Of a stretch of DNA of 32,000 nt, positions 1 through 7,683 are shown one piece after another. The stretch lies in the NCBI GenBank assembly GCA_963618015.1, contig CAVEQS010000016.1, forward strand, positions 7,767 through 39,766, written 5' to 3'. The notes below the pieces were generated by a model, which saw only the letters and a program-made list of their open reading frames with translations, ran no database searches and was not told the origin of the DNA. The stretch's first letter is position 1. The number at the start of each line of letters is the position of its first letter. The translations under genes were made by a program, and so were the position numbers. Source of the stretch: a bacterium. GTDB lineage: Bacteria > Bacillota > Clostridia > Oscillospirales > Oscillospiraceae.

Positions 1-1530
1 ATTCAGCCCGTCCCGATGCTCTTTTTTGAAGCCGATCATGGATTCGTACAGGGCTTTTATCTCCTCGTCCGGCTCTCCCCACGCCATCGCACCGCGGTTT
101 GCCGGGTCTTCCCCGCCGGACATACCGATCTCGTCACCGTAGTATATGTTCGCCGCCCCGCCGAAGAGCATCTGCAAAAAGAGCGCCGCCGCGAGCCGGT
201 TCGTATCCCAGCTGCACACCGTGAGCGGCCGCGGTATATCGTGGTTGCCGCAGAACGCGAACTGCCACGGTCGGACACCATCCGGCGCCGCAAGGAGGAT
301 ATCCTTGATCCGTTCCGCGAAGGTCTCCGTTCCGTCCGCTCCCGTCATGGCAAAGTCGCGGATCGCAAAGTAGAGCGGATAGTCCATCACTCCGTCAAAC
401 ACTCCGGCACAAAGCCACAGCGTGCTCTTCTGCCATATTTCGCCGATGATGTACGCCTCCGGGTTTACGTCGCGGATACACTTTTTGAACTTCTCCAGAA
501 AGCGGAAGCTCACCTCGTCCGGCACATCCAGCCGCCAGGCGTCGATGCTGTATTTCCGCGTCCATTCCGCAGCAGTCCCGATGAGATACGCCTGCACGGC
601 AGGGTTTTCAGTGTTCCACTTCGGCATGTCCGCGGCAAAGGCGAAGCTCTCAAAGGGCTTTATGGCACGCATGGCGTCCGCCGTCAGCTCCGCCGGTGTT
701 TTGCCTCGTAGCGCGTCCATACGGACGCCGCAGAAACAGTCAAAATACGCGGACTTCTCCCCGTTTTTCAAAACGTCCTGCCAGAATGGATGCTGCCAGG
801 AGGCGTGGTTATATACGCCGTCGAGCATGATGCGCATGCCGTTTTCGTGCAGCGCGTGAACGAGCGAGGCGAAGTTCTCCTCTGTTCCGAGCATCGGGTC
901 GATGCGCGTATAGTCTGCGGTATCGTACCGGTGATTGGAGGGGCTTTGAAATATGGGATTGAGATACACCCCCTGCACACCAAGTAACTTAAGATACGGG
1001 ATATGATTTTCGATCCCCCGGAGCGTCCCGCCGAAGCGGTTTGTCCGCGTCGGAACAAACGGCTCGGCGCTCTCCTCGTCCCGGCTGAACCGGTCGGGGA
1101 ATATCTGATACCACACGGTGCTGCGCGCCCAGCCGGGTGCGGCATAGTGCTCCGCCGGGAACACATAGGGCACCTGGAATGGGCGGAGATGCTCCTCCGA
1201 AAGCGGCTCTGTGACCCCCGCTTCGGAGAGAAAAACCTTTTCCCCGCTTTCCAGAACAATTTCAAAATGATACCGGAGCTTTCGCGTCTCCATTTCGACC
1301 GTGACCGAGTAGAACGTGTCGCCAAGAAGCTCCTGCCGCCCGGTGACCGGAAGCGCATGGAGGTTCGGCCGCCGCTTGTCGCCGTTCAAAAACCAGAACG
1401 GGTCGCCGAATACGATGCGGATGGATCGTACCGGCTCGTTGCAGCGAAGGCGGAGCATACAAACGTTCCCCGTGACGAATTGCCATGGGTAGTCCGCGCG
1501 GTGCTCCATCGAATAATGTAAAAGCCGCAT
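1..1530 (-). CDS. GH13 alpha-glucan hydrolase (neopullulanase/cyclomaltodextrinase-like). Start is in the window; the 3' end runs off the window edge.
   Basis: Absent from the ORF track because it is open at the window edge. My reverse-strand translation from ATG (1530) is stop-free down to position 1 (510 codons). It reads ...DRFSRDEESAEPFVPTRTNRFGGTLRGIENHIPYLKLLGVQGVYLNPIFQSPSNHRYDTADYTRIDPMLGTEENFASLVHALHENGMRIMLDGVYNHAS...AWRLDVPDEV...IIGEIW...FCGNHDIPR. These are the four GH13 conserved regions. Confidence 0.9.
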   Translation of the reverse strand, partial: MRLLHYSMEHRADYPWQFVTGNVCMLRLRCNEPVRSIRIVFGDPFWFLNGDKRRPNLHALPVTGRQELLGDTFYSVTVEMETRKLRYHFEIVLESGEKVFLSEAGVTEPLSEEHLRPFQVPYVFPAEHYAAPGWARSTVWYQIFPDRFSRDEESAEPFVPTRTNRFGGTLRGIENHIPYLKLLGVQGVYLNPIFQSPSNHRYDTADYTRIDPMLGTEENFASLVHALHENGMRIMLDGVYNHASWQHPFWQDVLKNGEKSAYFDCFCGVRMDALRGKTPAELTADAMRAIKPFESFAFAADMPKWNTENPAVQAYLIGTAAEWTRKYSIDAWRLDVPDEVSFRFLEKFKKCIRDVNPEAYIIGEIWQKSTLWLCAGVFDGVMDYPLYFAIRDFAMTGADGTETFAERIKDILLAAPDGVRPWQFAFCGNHDIPRPLTVCSWDTNRLAAALFLQMLFGGAANIYYGDEIGMSGGEDPANRGAMAWGEPDEEIKALYESMIGFKKEHRDGLN

Positions 1531-1534
1531 CGCT

Positions 1535-2362
1535 TTATCCTTTTACCATGCCGTCCATGGCTCCGCCATGGATGAGCTTTTTTTGCAATACGATGTAGAT
1601 GAGTAAAATTGGCACCACCGCGATGAGCGACGCGGCGAAGATCAGCCCCCAGTTATTGAGATTCTGCCCCTGAAAGAGCTTGAGCGCGATGGGGAGCGTG
1701 CGCTTGTCCGGCGTTTTGATCATCGTGAGCGCGATGAGAAATTCATCCCACACGTTGGAATATGCAAGGATGGCAAACGTTCCGAGCGCGGGCTTGGAAA
1801 GGGGTAGGACGATCCTCCAGTAGATCTGCCAATGGTTTCCGCCGTCCACTATGACGGCCTCTTCCATCTCCCGCGGGAGGCTCAAAAAGAAATTGCGGAG
1901 GAAAAATGTATTGCTTGGCACGCCGATCCCGATATAGATCAAAAGAAGGCCGAGATAGCTGTCGACGAGCTTCATCTCCTTCATCAAAAGGAACTGCGGG
2001 ATCAGGTTCGTGACCGTCGGCACCATCATCGTAAAAAGATAAAGATAGAAAACGAACTCTCGCCCCGGGAACGAGATGCGCGCGAACGCATACGCCCCGG
2101 CAGAGGATACGAGCATAATGATCACCGTTGCCACGGCAGCGATGAGAAGGCTATTGAGAAAATACCGGCTGAAATGGTTGGCGTTCCACGCCTCCACGAA
2201 ATTGCCAAAGTAGGCCGACTTGGGGAACAGGATCGGCGGATACGGCATGGAGTAGCTCTGCGGCGTCATAGCTGTTGCGAGCATGTACTGAAACGGGATC
2301 AGCGCGGCCACGGAGAAAACGATGAGCCCGATGTACGTCGGGAGTTTGGAGAGCTTTTTCAT
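1535..2362 (-). CDS. Carbohydrate ABC transporter permease (CUT1 family, MalG-like)
   Basis: 275-aa multi-TM ORF with the EAA loop (EEAVIVDGGNHWQIYWRIVLPLSKPALG). Lies 4 nt from the GH13 start and 13 nt from the upstream permease. Confidence 0.9.
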   Translation of the reverse strand: MKKLSKLPTYIGLIVFSVAALIPFQYMLATAMTPQSYSMPYPPILFPKSAYFGNFVEAWNANHFSRYFLNSLLIAAVATVIIMLVSSAGAYAFARISFPGREFVFYLYLFTMMVPTVTNLIPQFLLMKEMKLVDSYLGLLLIYIGIGVPSNTFFLRNFFLSLPREMEEAVIVDGGNHWQIYWRIVLPLSKPALGTFAILAYSNVWDEFLIALTMIKTPDKRTLPIALKLFQGQNLNNWGLIFAASLIAVVPILLIYIVLQKKLIHGGAMDGMVKG

Positions 2363-2375
2363 TCCGGGGCTCCTT

Positions 2376-3281
2376 TCAGTTGATCTGGTCTTTGGACACG
2401 CGGCGCTGGATCATCGTCAGCACGAGCACGATCACGCCCATGAGCACCGACTGTGCCGCCGCGGAGCCGATGTCGTAAGTGGAGAACGCGGTGTTGTACA
2501 TATAGTTCATCAGTTCGTTCGTGCTGCCGAGCGGCGCGCCCTCGGTAATCATCATGACATGGATGTAAGCGCCGAACGCGCCGATCGTAAGTACGGTCAA
2601 AAGATAGTTTGTGGTATTACGCACCATGGGCAGCGTCATGGAGAAGAAGCGTCGGACGCGCCCGGCGCCGTCGATCTCTGCGGCCTCGTAAACGGACGTC
2701 GGCACGCCCTGCAGCGCCGCGAGATAAATAACCATCACCCAGCCCACGCCCTTCCATATGCCGAAAAGCCAGAGCACGAGATTGGCCGTCCACTCCCCCT
2801 GCAGCCACGCCACAGGCTTCGAGAGGATATGCAGCCGCATCAGAAAATAGTTCACAAGCCCGCCGCTGCCGGACATGAAAAGGTACTTGAACACGAGCGA
2901 CACGACGACCCACGACGTGATCACCGGCAGATAGCATATAACTTTAAACGCCGTCTGGCCGCGGCGCACCGAGTTGATGAGACTTGCCAGCACGAGACCG
3001 AGGAACATCTGCCCCGGTACTGTGACAAGCGTGTATAGGAGGGTGTTCCGAAACGCCGTCAGATAGTGCCGGTCTTTCATTACATCCACGTAGTTCTGCA
3101 CGCCGACAAAGCGCACGGCCTCATTCTTGATGACGTTGAACTCGGTAAAGCTGATCCAGACGTTGCGCAGCAGCGGATAGAGAATAAAAAGCGCCATCAG
3201 CACAAAGCCCGGAAGAATGAACGGCAGGGCTTTCCCCCATTGCCGTCCTCCCCGGCGGAGCCGGTCGATTCGCTGGTTCAT
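2376..3281 (-). CDS. Carbohydrate ABC transporter permease (CUT1 family, MalF-like)
   Basis: EAA loop YEAAEIDGAGRVRRFFSMTLPMV and six hydrophobic segments. I chose the internal start MNQRIDRL (ATG at 3281). The 53-codon extension in the ORF track is Arg/Cys-rich and overlaps the SBP gene. Confidence 0.85.
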   Translation of the reverse strand: MNQRIDRLRRGGRQWGKALPFILPGFVLMALFILYPLLRNVWISFTEFNVIKNEAVRFVGVQNYVDVMKDRHYLTAFRNTLLYTLVTVPGQMFLGLVLASLINSVRRGQTAFKVICYLPVITSWVVVSLVFKYLFMSGSGGLVNYFLMRLHILSKPVAWLQGEWTANLVLWLFGIWKGVGWVMVIYLAALQGVPTSVYEAAEIDGAGRVRRFFSMTLPMVRNTTNYLLTVLTIGAFGAYIHVMMITEGAPLGSTNELMNYMYNTAFSTYDIGSAAAQSVLMGVIVLVLTMIQRRVSKDQIN

Positions 3282-3351
3282 CGGATCACTCTCCCATGCT
3301 CTGCCGCGGCTCGCCGGATAATATCCGGCGAACCGCAGACAGGTTTCTTTC

Positions 3352-4641
3352 TTATTCGGCGGCAAGCAGCTCGTCGATCTGCGCGGCAGCTGCGTCCAGC
3401 GCATCCTGCGAGGTCGTCTGGCCGCGCAGCACGCTTTCAAACGCGGTGTTCAAAATGGTTTCGATCGTCGGCCAGCTCGAGCAGGGGATGCGCGCCTCTG
3501 CCGTTTTGAGCTGTTCCATGTAAACGGCGACATAGGGGTTGGCGGACGTATCGACCTTCTCCATCGCCGTCGCGGTCACGGGGATCATGCCCGCTGCGGC
3601 CATCGCCACCTGCTGCTCGTCCTCGAGCATGAAGCGGATGAACGTCCACGCGGCGTCCTTCTTGGCGCTTGTGGCGGTCATAACGATATCCTCGCCGCCG
3701 ACGATAGATATGCTGCGTCCCTCCACAGAGGGGATGAGCGCCGGGGTATAGGTGTCCATCTTATCCGCGGAGCTGAAGAACCAGGGACCTTCCACGAACA
3801 TGGTGTAGTTGCCCGCTTCAATGCCGCCCCAGCCGTCCGGATGCTCGCCCAGGATCGCGGGGCCAATGGTCTTGTCCTTGTACCATCCGGCGATCGTGTC
3901 CAGCGCCTTTACGGTCGCCTCGGAATTCAGATAGCCGGTCGCGGTGGTGTAAGCGTCGTCGGTAACGCTGCCGCCGAGCGTCCAGATGAACGGCAGCATC
4001 GCCCAGTTGTAGGAGCCGGAAACGCAGAAGAGGTACTTGTCGTTCGCCGGATCGGTCTTATCGCGCGCCGCGAGCAGTTCGTCCATCGTCGCCGGGGGCG
4101 CGTCAAAGCCGTATTCCGCGAGCACGGCGTTGTTGTACACGGCAACCGTGGTGTTTGCGTTGAGCGGCAGGCCATAGTTCTTGCCGTTGTAGAGCGTGGT
4201 GTTCAGCGAGCCTTCGAGAGCGTTCGCCGCGATCGCGTCAAAGCCCTCGTAGCCGTTCAGGCATTCGAGCGCGCCGAGCTTCGCCATCTGCGAAACCCAG
4301 GTGAGATCCATGCGCATAACGTCGGGCGCGACGTCGCCGCTGACCGCGGTGACGAGCTGCTCGTCCATGCCCTCATACGGCATACGGATCGCGTTGACCT
4401 TGATGTTGGGGTACTTTTCCGCAAAGGCGGTGAGGACGGTTTCGGTGAATATCTTTTCCTCGCCCTCGCTGTAGGAATGCCAGAAGGTGATCTCTACGGG
4501 TTCTTCGCTCGCCGTCTCCGCCGGTGCTTCCGTCGCGGGAGCGGCGGAGGGTGTTTCCTCCTTCGCGGGCGTGCTGCCGCAGGCGGCAAAGGAAAAAGCC
4601 ATGGCAAAAACGAGCGCAATGGTCAGCAGACGTTTCATCAT
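3352..4641 (-). CDS. Extracellular sugar-binding lipoprotein of the ABC transporter (solute-binding protein family 1)
   Basis: Lipoprotein signal MMKRLLTIALVFAMAFSFAAC|GS followed by a Thr/Pro/Glu/Ala linker. Length of about 430 aa and W/Y-rich composition are typical of MalE/MsmE-like SBPs. It is the first gene of the permease operon. Confidence 0.9.
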   Translation of the reverse strand: MMKRLLTIALVFAMAFSFAACGSTPAKEETPSAAPATEAPAETASEEPVEITFWHSYSEGEEKIFTETVLTAFAEKYPNIKVNAIRMPYEGMDEQLVTAVSGDVAPDVMRMDLTWVSQMAKLGALECLNGYEGFDAIAANALEGSLNTTLYNGKNYGLPLNANTTVAVYNNAVLAEYGFDAPPATMDELLAARDKTDPANDKYLFCVSGSYNWAMLPFIWTLGGSVTDDAYTTATGYLNSEATVKALDTIAGWYKDKTIGPAILGEHPDGWGGIEAGNYTMFVEGPWFFSSADKMDTYTPALIPSVEGRSISIVGGEDIVMTATSAKKDAAWTFIRFMLEDEQQVAMAAAGMIPVTATAMEKVDTSANPYVAVYMEQLKTAEARIPCSSWPTIETILNTAFESVLRGQTTSQDALDAAAAQIDELLAAE

Positions 4642-4696
4642 ACGTTATTCTCCTTTTGATTTTTGCAGCAAAAAATCGGATCGCGCGGATCGTTTG

Positions 4697-4728
4697 GCCC
4701 CGAATTGTAAACGGTTACAATTCGGGGC
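4697..4728. promoter_or_regulatory. LacI-family operator candidate (perfect 14-bp arms around a 4-nt centre)
   Basis: gCCCCGAATTGTAA-acgg-TTACAATTCGGGGc. Sits between the lacI-type gene stop (4756) and the SBP start (4641). The core TGTAAnCGnTTACA is the classic LacI/CcpA-type half-site arrangement. No U-tract follows on either strand, so an operator is more likely than a terminator. Confidence 0.6.
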
Positions 4729-4755
4729 AACAAAATAACTCGGCACATGGCCCAG

Positions 4756-5754
4756 TTATCTTGTCGAAGCCCTATGAATGATCCTTGCCGGCAAAAGATT
4801 CTGTCCCGGACACAGATCTTCCGCCTGAAGCTGTGCGATGAGAAGCTTTGCTGCGGATTTTCCCAGATTGGTTACGTCTATTTCAACGACCGTCATCGCG
4901 GGGTCTGCAGCCGCCGCGAGGACGCTGTCGTCAAAACCAATGACCTGCACCTCCTCCGGAACGCGGACGCCGCGCCGGGAGAGCTCGCGCAGGAAGTAAA
5001 AGGCGATCGTACTGTCGGACACGACATACGCATCGCAGAGAGAAGAAAAATGCTGCCGGACAAAGGCGGATATGCTCGCGGCGTCCGTCAATCCGCCGCT
5101 CACGAGTGCGGGATTTTCTTCAATTCCCGCCGCGGCAAGCGCCCGGCAATAACCGGAAAAGCGCTCGGAAACGAACGTTTTATCAAAGCTGTTCGCAAGA
5201 AAGCCGACGGCTTTCGGCTTGGTTTCCAGAAGCTTTTGCGCGGCGAGCTCTCCGGCGGAGATGTTGTCGATATCGACCCATACGGCGTCGGGATCGTCGC
5301 TCCGCCCGGCGATCACGCACGGGATGCGGCTCTCGTTTACAACGCTCATGACCTCTTCCCTAGCAAGCGCGCTGAGCAGCACCAGGCCGTCGATCCGGTT
5401 TTCGTTGATGAGCGAGCGCAGCGTCAGCGCGCCGTCTGCTCCGCCGATGTGGCAGATCATCAGGTAATACCCGTTTTTGCTCAACTCGTGCTCGAGCCCA
5501 TACTGGATGCGCAGGAAGTAGTCGTTGCCGTATGTCTCGGCATCGCCGTAATCCACCGCGAGCGCCACGGTCTTGCTGTTTCCGTGCAGAAGCCCGCGCG
5601 CCATCATGCTGGGCTGGTAGTCCAGCGCCTCGATCGCGCTGTGCACCTTCTCCACGGATGCCTCGGCGATTAGCGGACTGTTATTCAGATATCGAGAAAC
5701 TGTGGCCACGGACACACCGGCGTACCGCGCCACATCCTTAATGGTTGCCTTCAT
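4756..5754 (-). CDS. LacI-family transcriptional regulator
   Basis: N-terminal HTH MKATIKDVARYAGVSVATVSRYLNNSPLI...ALDYQPSMMARGL followed by a periplasmic-binding-protein-like sugar-sensor domain. 332 aa. Confidence 0.92.
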   Translation of the reverse strand: MKATIKDVARYAGVSVATVSRYLNNSPLIAEASVEKVHSAIEALDYQPSMMARGLLHGNSKTVALAVDYGDAETYGNDYFLRIQYGLEHELSKNGYYLMICHIGGADGALTLRSLINENRIDGLVLLSALAREEVMSVVNESRIPCVIAGRSDDPDAVWVDIDNISAGELAAQKLLETKPKAVGFLANSFDKTFVSERFSGYCRALAAAGIEENPALVSGGLTDAASISAFVRQHFSSLCDAYVVSDSTIAFYFLRELSRRGVRVPEEVQVIGFDDSVLAAAADPAMTVVEIDVTNLGKSAAKLLIAQLQAEDLCPGQNLLPARIIHRASTR

Positions 5755-5767
5755 GCATTGCTCCTAC

Positions 5768-5785
5768 ATTGTAACCGATTACAAT
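5768..5785. promoter_or_regulatory. Second copy of the same operator motif, just downstream of the lacI-type promoter
   Basis: ATTGTAA-ccga-TTACAAT. Same AATTGTAA-N4-TTACAAT core as at 4697-4728. Lies between the -10 box and the regulator start codon. Confidence 0.55.
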
Positions 5786-5794
5786 TACAGTTTG

Positions 5795-5823
5795 ATTATA
5801 GGTTTCCCCAGCTCTCCTGTCAA
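5795..5823 (-). promoter_or_regulatory. Sigma-A-type promoter of the LacI-family gene
   Basis: On the minus strand: TTGACA (5823-5818), 17-nt spacer, TATAAT (5800-5795). Both hexamers are perfect consensus. Confidence 0.65.
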
Positions 5824-5845
5824 TAGTGGATTTTATTTTTCTGCC

Positions 5846-5884
5846 AAAAATCAAAGGCCGGCTGCCGGAAAATCCGACAGCCGG
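5846..5884 (-). terminator. Probable intrinsic terminator of the collagen-like gene
   Basis: Stem CCGGCTG (5858-5864) pairs with CAGCCGG (5878-5884), with extra inner pairs. On the minus strand it is followed by CCTTTGATTTTT. Lies about 20 nt after the stop codon. Confidence 0.55.
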
Positions 5885-5905
5885 TAGTTTTGCAGCATGC
5901 ATGTT

Positions 5906-7516
5906 TTATTTGCGGATCACCGCGCGGCGGGATTTGAGGAAAAGCGCCGTCAGCACCGCGAGCCAGAGGAGCGCGAGCGCTGCCGCGCCGACGGCGATAT
6001 AGGCGACGGTTTTCACCGTTCCGCTCTCGCGTGCGCCGGGGATTTCGCCCGCCTCTACGCTCTCGCCATTTGTGAGCGTCACGGTGAGAACACCGCGCTC
6101 GTCCACCTGCACGGCGGAAATGCCGACGCCGGGCGCGCCGTCCTCCCCGGTAATTTTGCCGAGGTTTGTCTCCGTCCCGTCCGTGAGCGTGACGATCAGC
6201 TCCCCGGCATCGTTGAGGGAAACTTCCCGGATACCGACGCCGTCCTTGCCATCCTTACCGTCTTTGCCGTCCGTGCCGTTGCGTCCGGCGGCGCCTGTCG
6301 CGCCGGTGGCTCCGGTAGCGCCAGTCGCGCCCGTAGCTCCGGTCGTTCCGGCAGCCTTGACGCCGGTGTCGGTGCCGCCAAGCCACCAGTTGCCGTTGCC
6401 GCCGATGGAGGGCGTCAGGCCGTCTGCGCCGTCGGTTCCGTCGATGCCGTCTTTCCCGTCGACGCCGTCCTTGCCGTCGGCTCCGTCCTTACCGTCAACG
6501 CCGTCCTTGCCGTCCAGCCCGGCGGCTTTCACGCCAGTGTCGGTATCACCCAGCCACCAGTTGCCGTTCTCGCCGATCGCGGGCGTAAGGCCATTCTGTC
6601 CGTCCTTGCCGGTAGCCGTTACGCCGAGCGACGTCCACGTCTTTTCCCCGTCGTAGGATACCTCCCACTCGTTCGTATCGGGATTAACGCGCAAACTCGT
6701 GCTGAACGGATTTTCCATTGGGAGAATACTCAGGGGCAGTCCCATGGTGTTCGGGCACTCCTCGGTAAACGACGGCGTATACCCCGCGTTGGGGTCCTTT
6801 TTCCATTTATAGTAATCCACGCCGGGGTACACGCCGTAATCGCCCCATCCGTCGAGCCCAAAGCTCTTGGTAGCGGTAAAACTGCCGCCGTTAAAATAGA
6901 GTCCGCTGCCCGGCTGGTTAAAGGTTCTCGGGGCAATGCTTTCCGTAGTAAAAGAGCCGCTGTTGACCGTCAGATAAGTAATTTGGGTCAAGCCGCCCGT
7001 CACCGTCAGCGAGCCGCTGCCCTCGATGATAACCTTATAGCCAAAAATTGGGGCAGAAAAGGAATTGCTTCCCTCCAAATGGATACGCAGTGTGTTAATG
7101 TCGATGAGAAGCATCACCGTTCCCCCCGTCGTTCCCTTCAGATTGGCATTTCGGAGAAAGAGCGTGCTTCCGTCGAAATAAAAACTATAATATGCCTCCG
7201 TTGTCTCCGAAAAGCCGCAGGATGCCGATTCGTCGCTTTTATAAAATTTGTTCGGCTCAAGAACTATGCCATTGAGGGTAAGTTTGCCATATTCCATTGG
7301 AGCGATCTGCGCGGACGCCTCTTCTGAAGACTGCTCCTCCGCCGGCGCAGGCGTCTCCGCGACCGGTTCCTCGACCGGCGCGGGCGTTGCTTCGACTGAC
7401 TCTTCCATGGGCGCGGGCGTTCCGTTTTCCGTATCGCCGGCCAGCGCCGGGACGCAGAGGCTCGTCAGCGCAAGGCAGACACAGAATACGGCGGCAAGGA
7501 TTCTCCTTTTCATCAA
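5906..7516 (-). CDS. Secreted collagen-like repeat protein with a C-terminal transmembrane anchor
   Basis: Signal peptide MMKRRILAAVFCVCLALTSLCVPALA|GD. Pro/Glu-rich linker (TPAPVEE-like, three copies). Two Gly-X-Y tracts (GLDGKDGVDGKDGADGKDG..., GTTGATGATGATGATGATGAAGRNGTDGKDGKDGKDG). C-terminal helix VAYIAVGAAALALLWLAVLTALFL followed by KSRRAVIRK. Confidence 0.85.
   Translation of the reverse strand: MMKRRILAAVFCVCLALTSLCVPALAGDTENGTPAPMEESVEATPAPVEEPVAETPAPAEEQSSEEASAQIAPMEYGKLTLNGIVLEPNKFYKSDESASCGFSETTEAYYSFYFDGSTLFLRNANLKGTTGGTVMLLIDINTLRIHLEGSNSFSAPIFGYKVIIEGSGSLTVTGGLTQITYLTVNSGSFTTESIAPRTFNQPGSGLYFNGGSFTATKSFGLDGWGDYGVYPGVDYYKWKKDPNAGYTPSFTEECPNTMGLPLSILPMENPFSTSLRVNPDTNEWEVSYDGEKTWTSLGVTATGKDGQNGLTPAIGENGNWWLGDTDTGVKAAGLDGKDGVDGKDGADGKDGVDGKDGIDGTDGADGLTPSIGGNGNWWLGGTDTGVKAAGTTGATGATGATGATGATGAAGRNGTDGKDGKDGKDGVGIREVSLNDAGELIVTLTDGTETNLGKITGEDGAPGVGISAVQVDERGVLTVTLTNGESVEAGEIPGARESGTVKTVAYIAVGAAALALLWLAVLTALFLKSRRAVIRK
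6236..6610 (-). repeat. Coding repeat region (Gly-X-Y tracts with 9-nt periodicity and a duplicated NGNWWLG module)
   Basis: Covers aa 303-427 of the 536-aa ORF. It includes an imperfect (GGN GCN ACN)n run at 6284-6349 encoding (GAT)5. It also includes a duplicated LTP(A/S)IG(E/G)NGNWWLG(D/G)TDTGVKAAG block. Confidence 0.8.
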
Positions 7517-7581
7517 TTGTTCCTCCCTGTTTTCTCTTTCGGGCGGGTCTCCCAGCTTTCTGGGCAGGTCTCCCTGTTTGT

Positions 7582-7610
7582 ATTATGCCGGAACATCGGG
7601 TGCTTTGCAA
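7582..7610 (-). promoter_or_regulatory. Candidate sigma-A promoter of the collagen-like gene
   Basis: Minus strand: TTGCAA (7610-7605), 17 nt, CATAAT (7587-7582). About 65 nt upstream of the ATG. Confidence 0.45.
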
Positions 7611-7639
7611 GACATTTTGGCTCGCATGCCGAATCGGGT

Positions 7640-7675
7640 AAAAAACCGGCTGTCTGAGAAATAGACAGCCGGTTT
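7640..7675 (-). terminator. Intrinsic terminator of the P-type ATPase operon
   Basis: 13-bp perfect stem AAACCGGCTGTCT (7643-7655) / AGACAGCCGGTTT (7663-7675) with a 7-nt loop. On the minus strand it is followed by a run of T. Lies 9 nt after the stop codon. Confidence 0.8.
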
Positions 7676-7683
7676 GCGCAGTA

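Noticed and set aside
5897-7327. 476-aa plus-strand ORF and a 194-aa Pro/Ser/Val-repeat ORF (6072-6656)
   Set aside because: Both are alternative or antisense frames of the collagen-like gene. Their repeats are simply the GXY-coding repeats read in another frame. Only the minus-strand frame has a signal peptide, an RBS, a promoter and a terminator.
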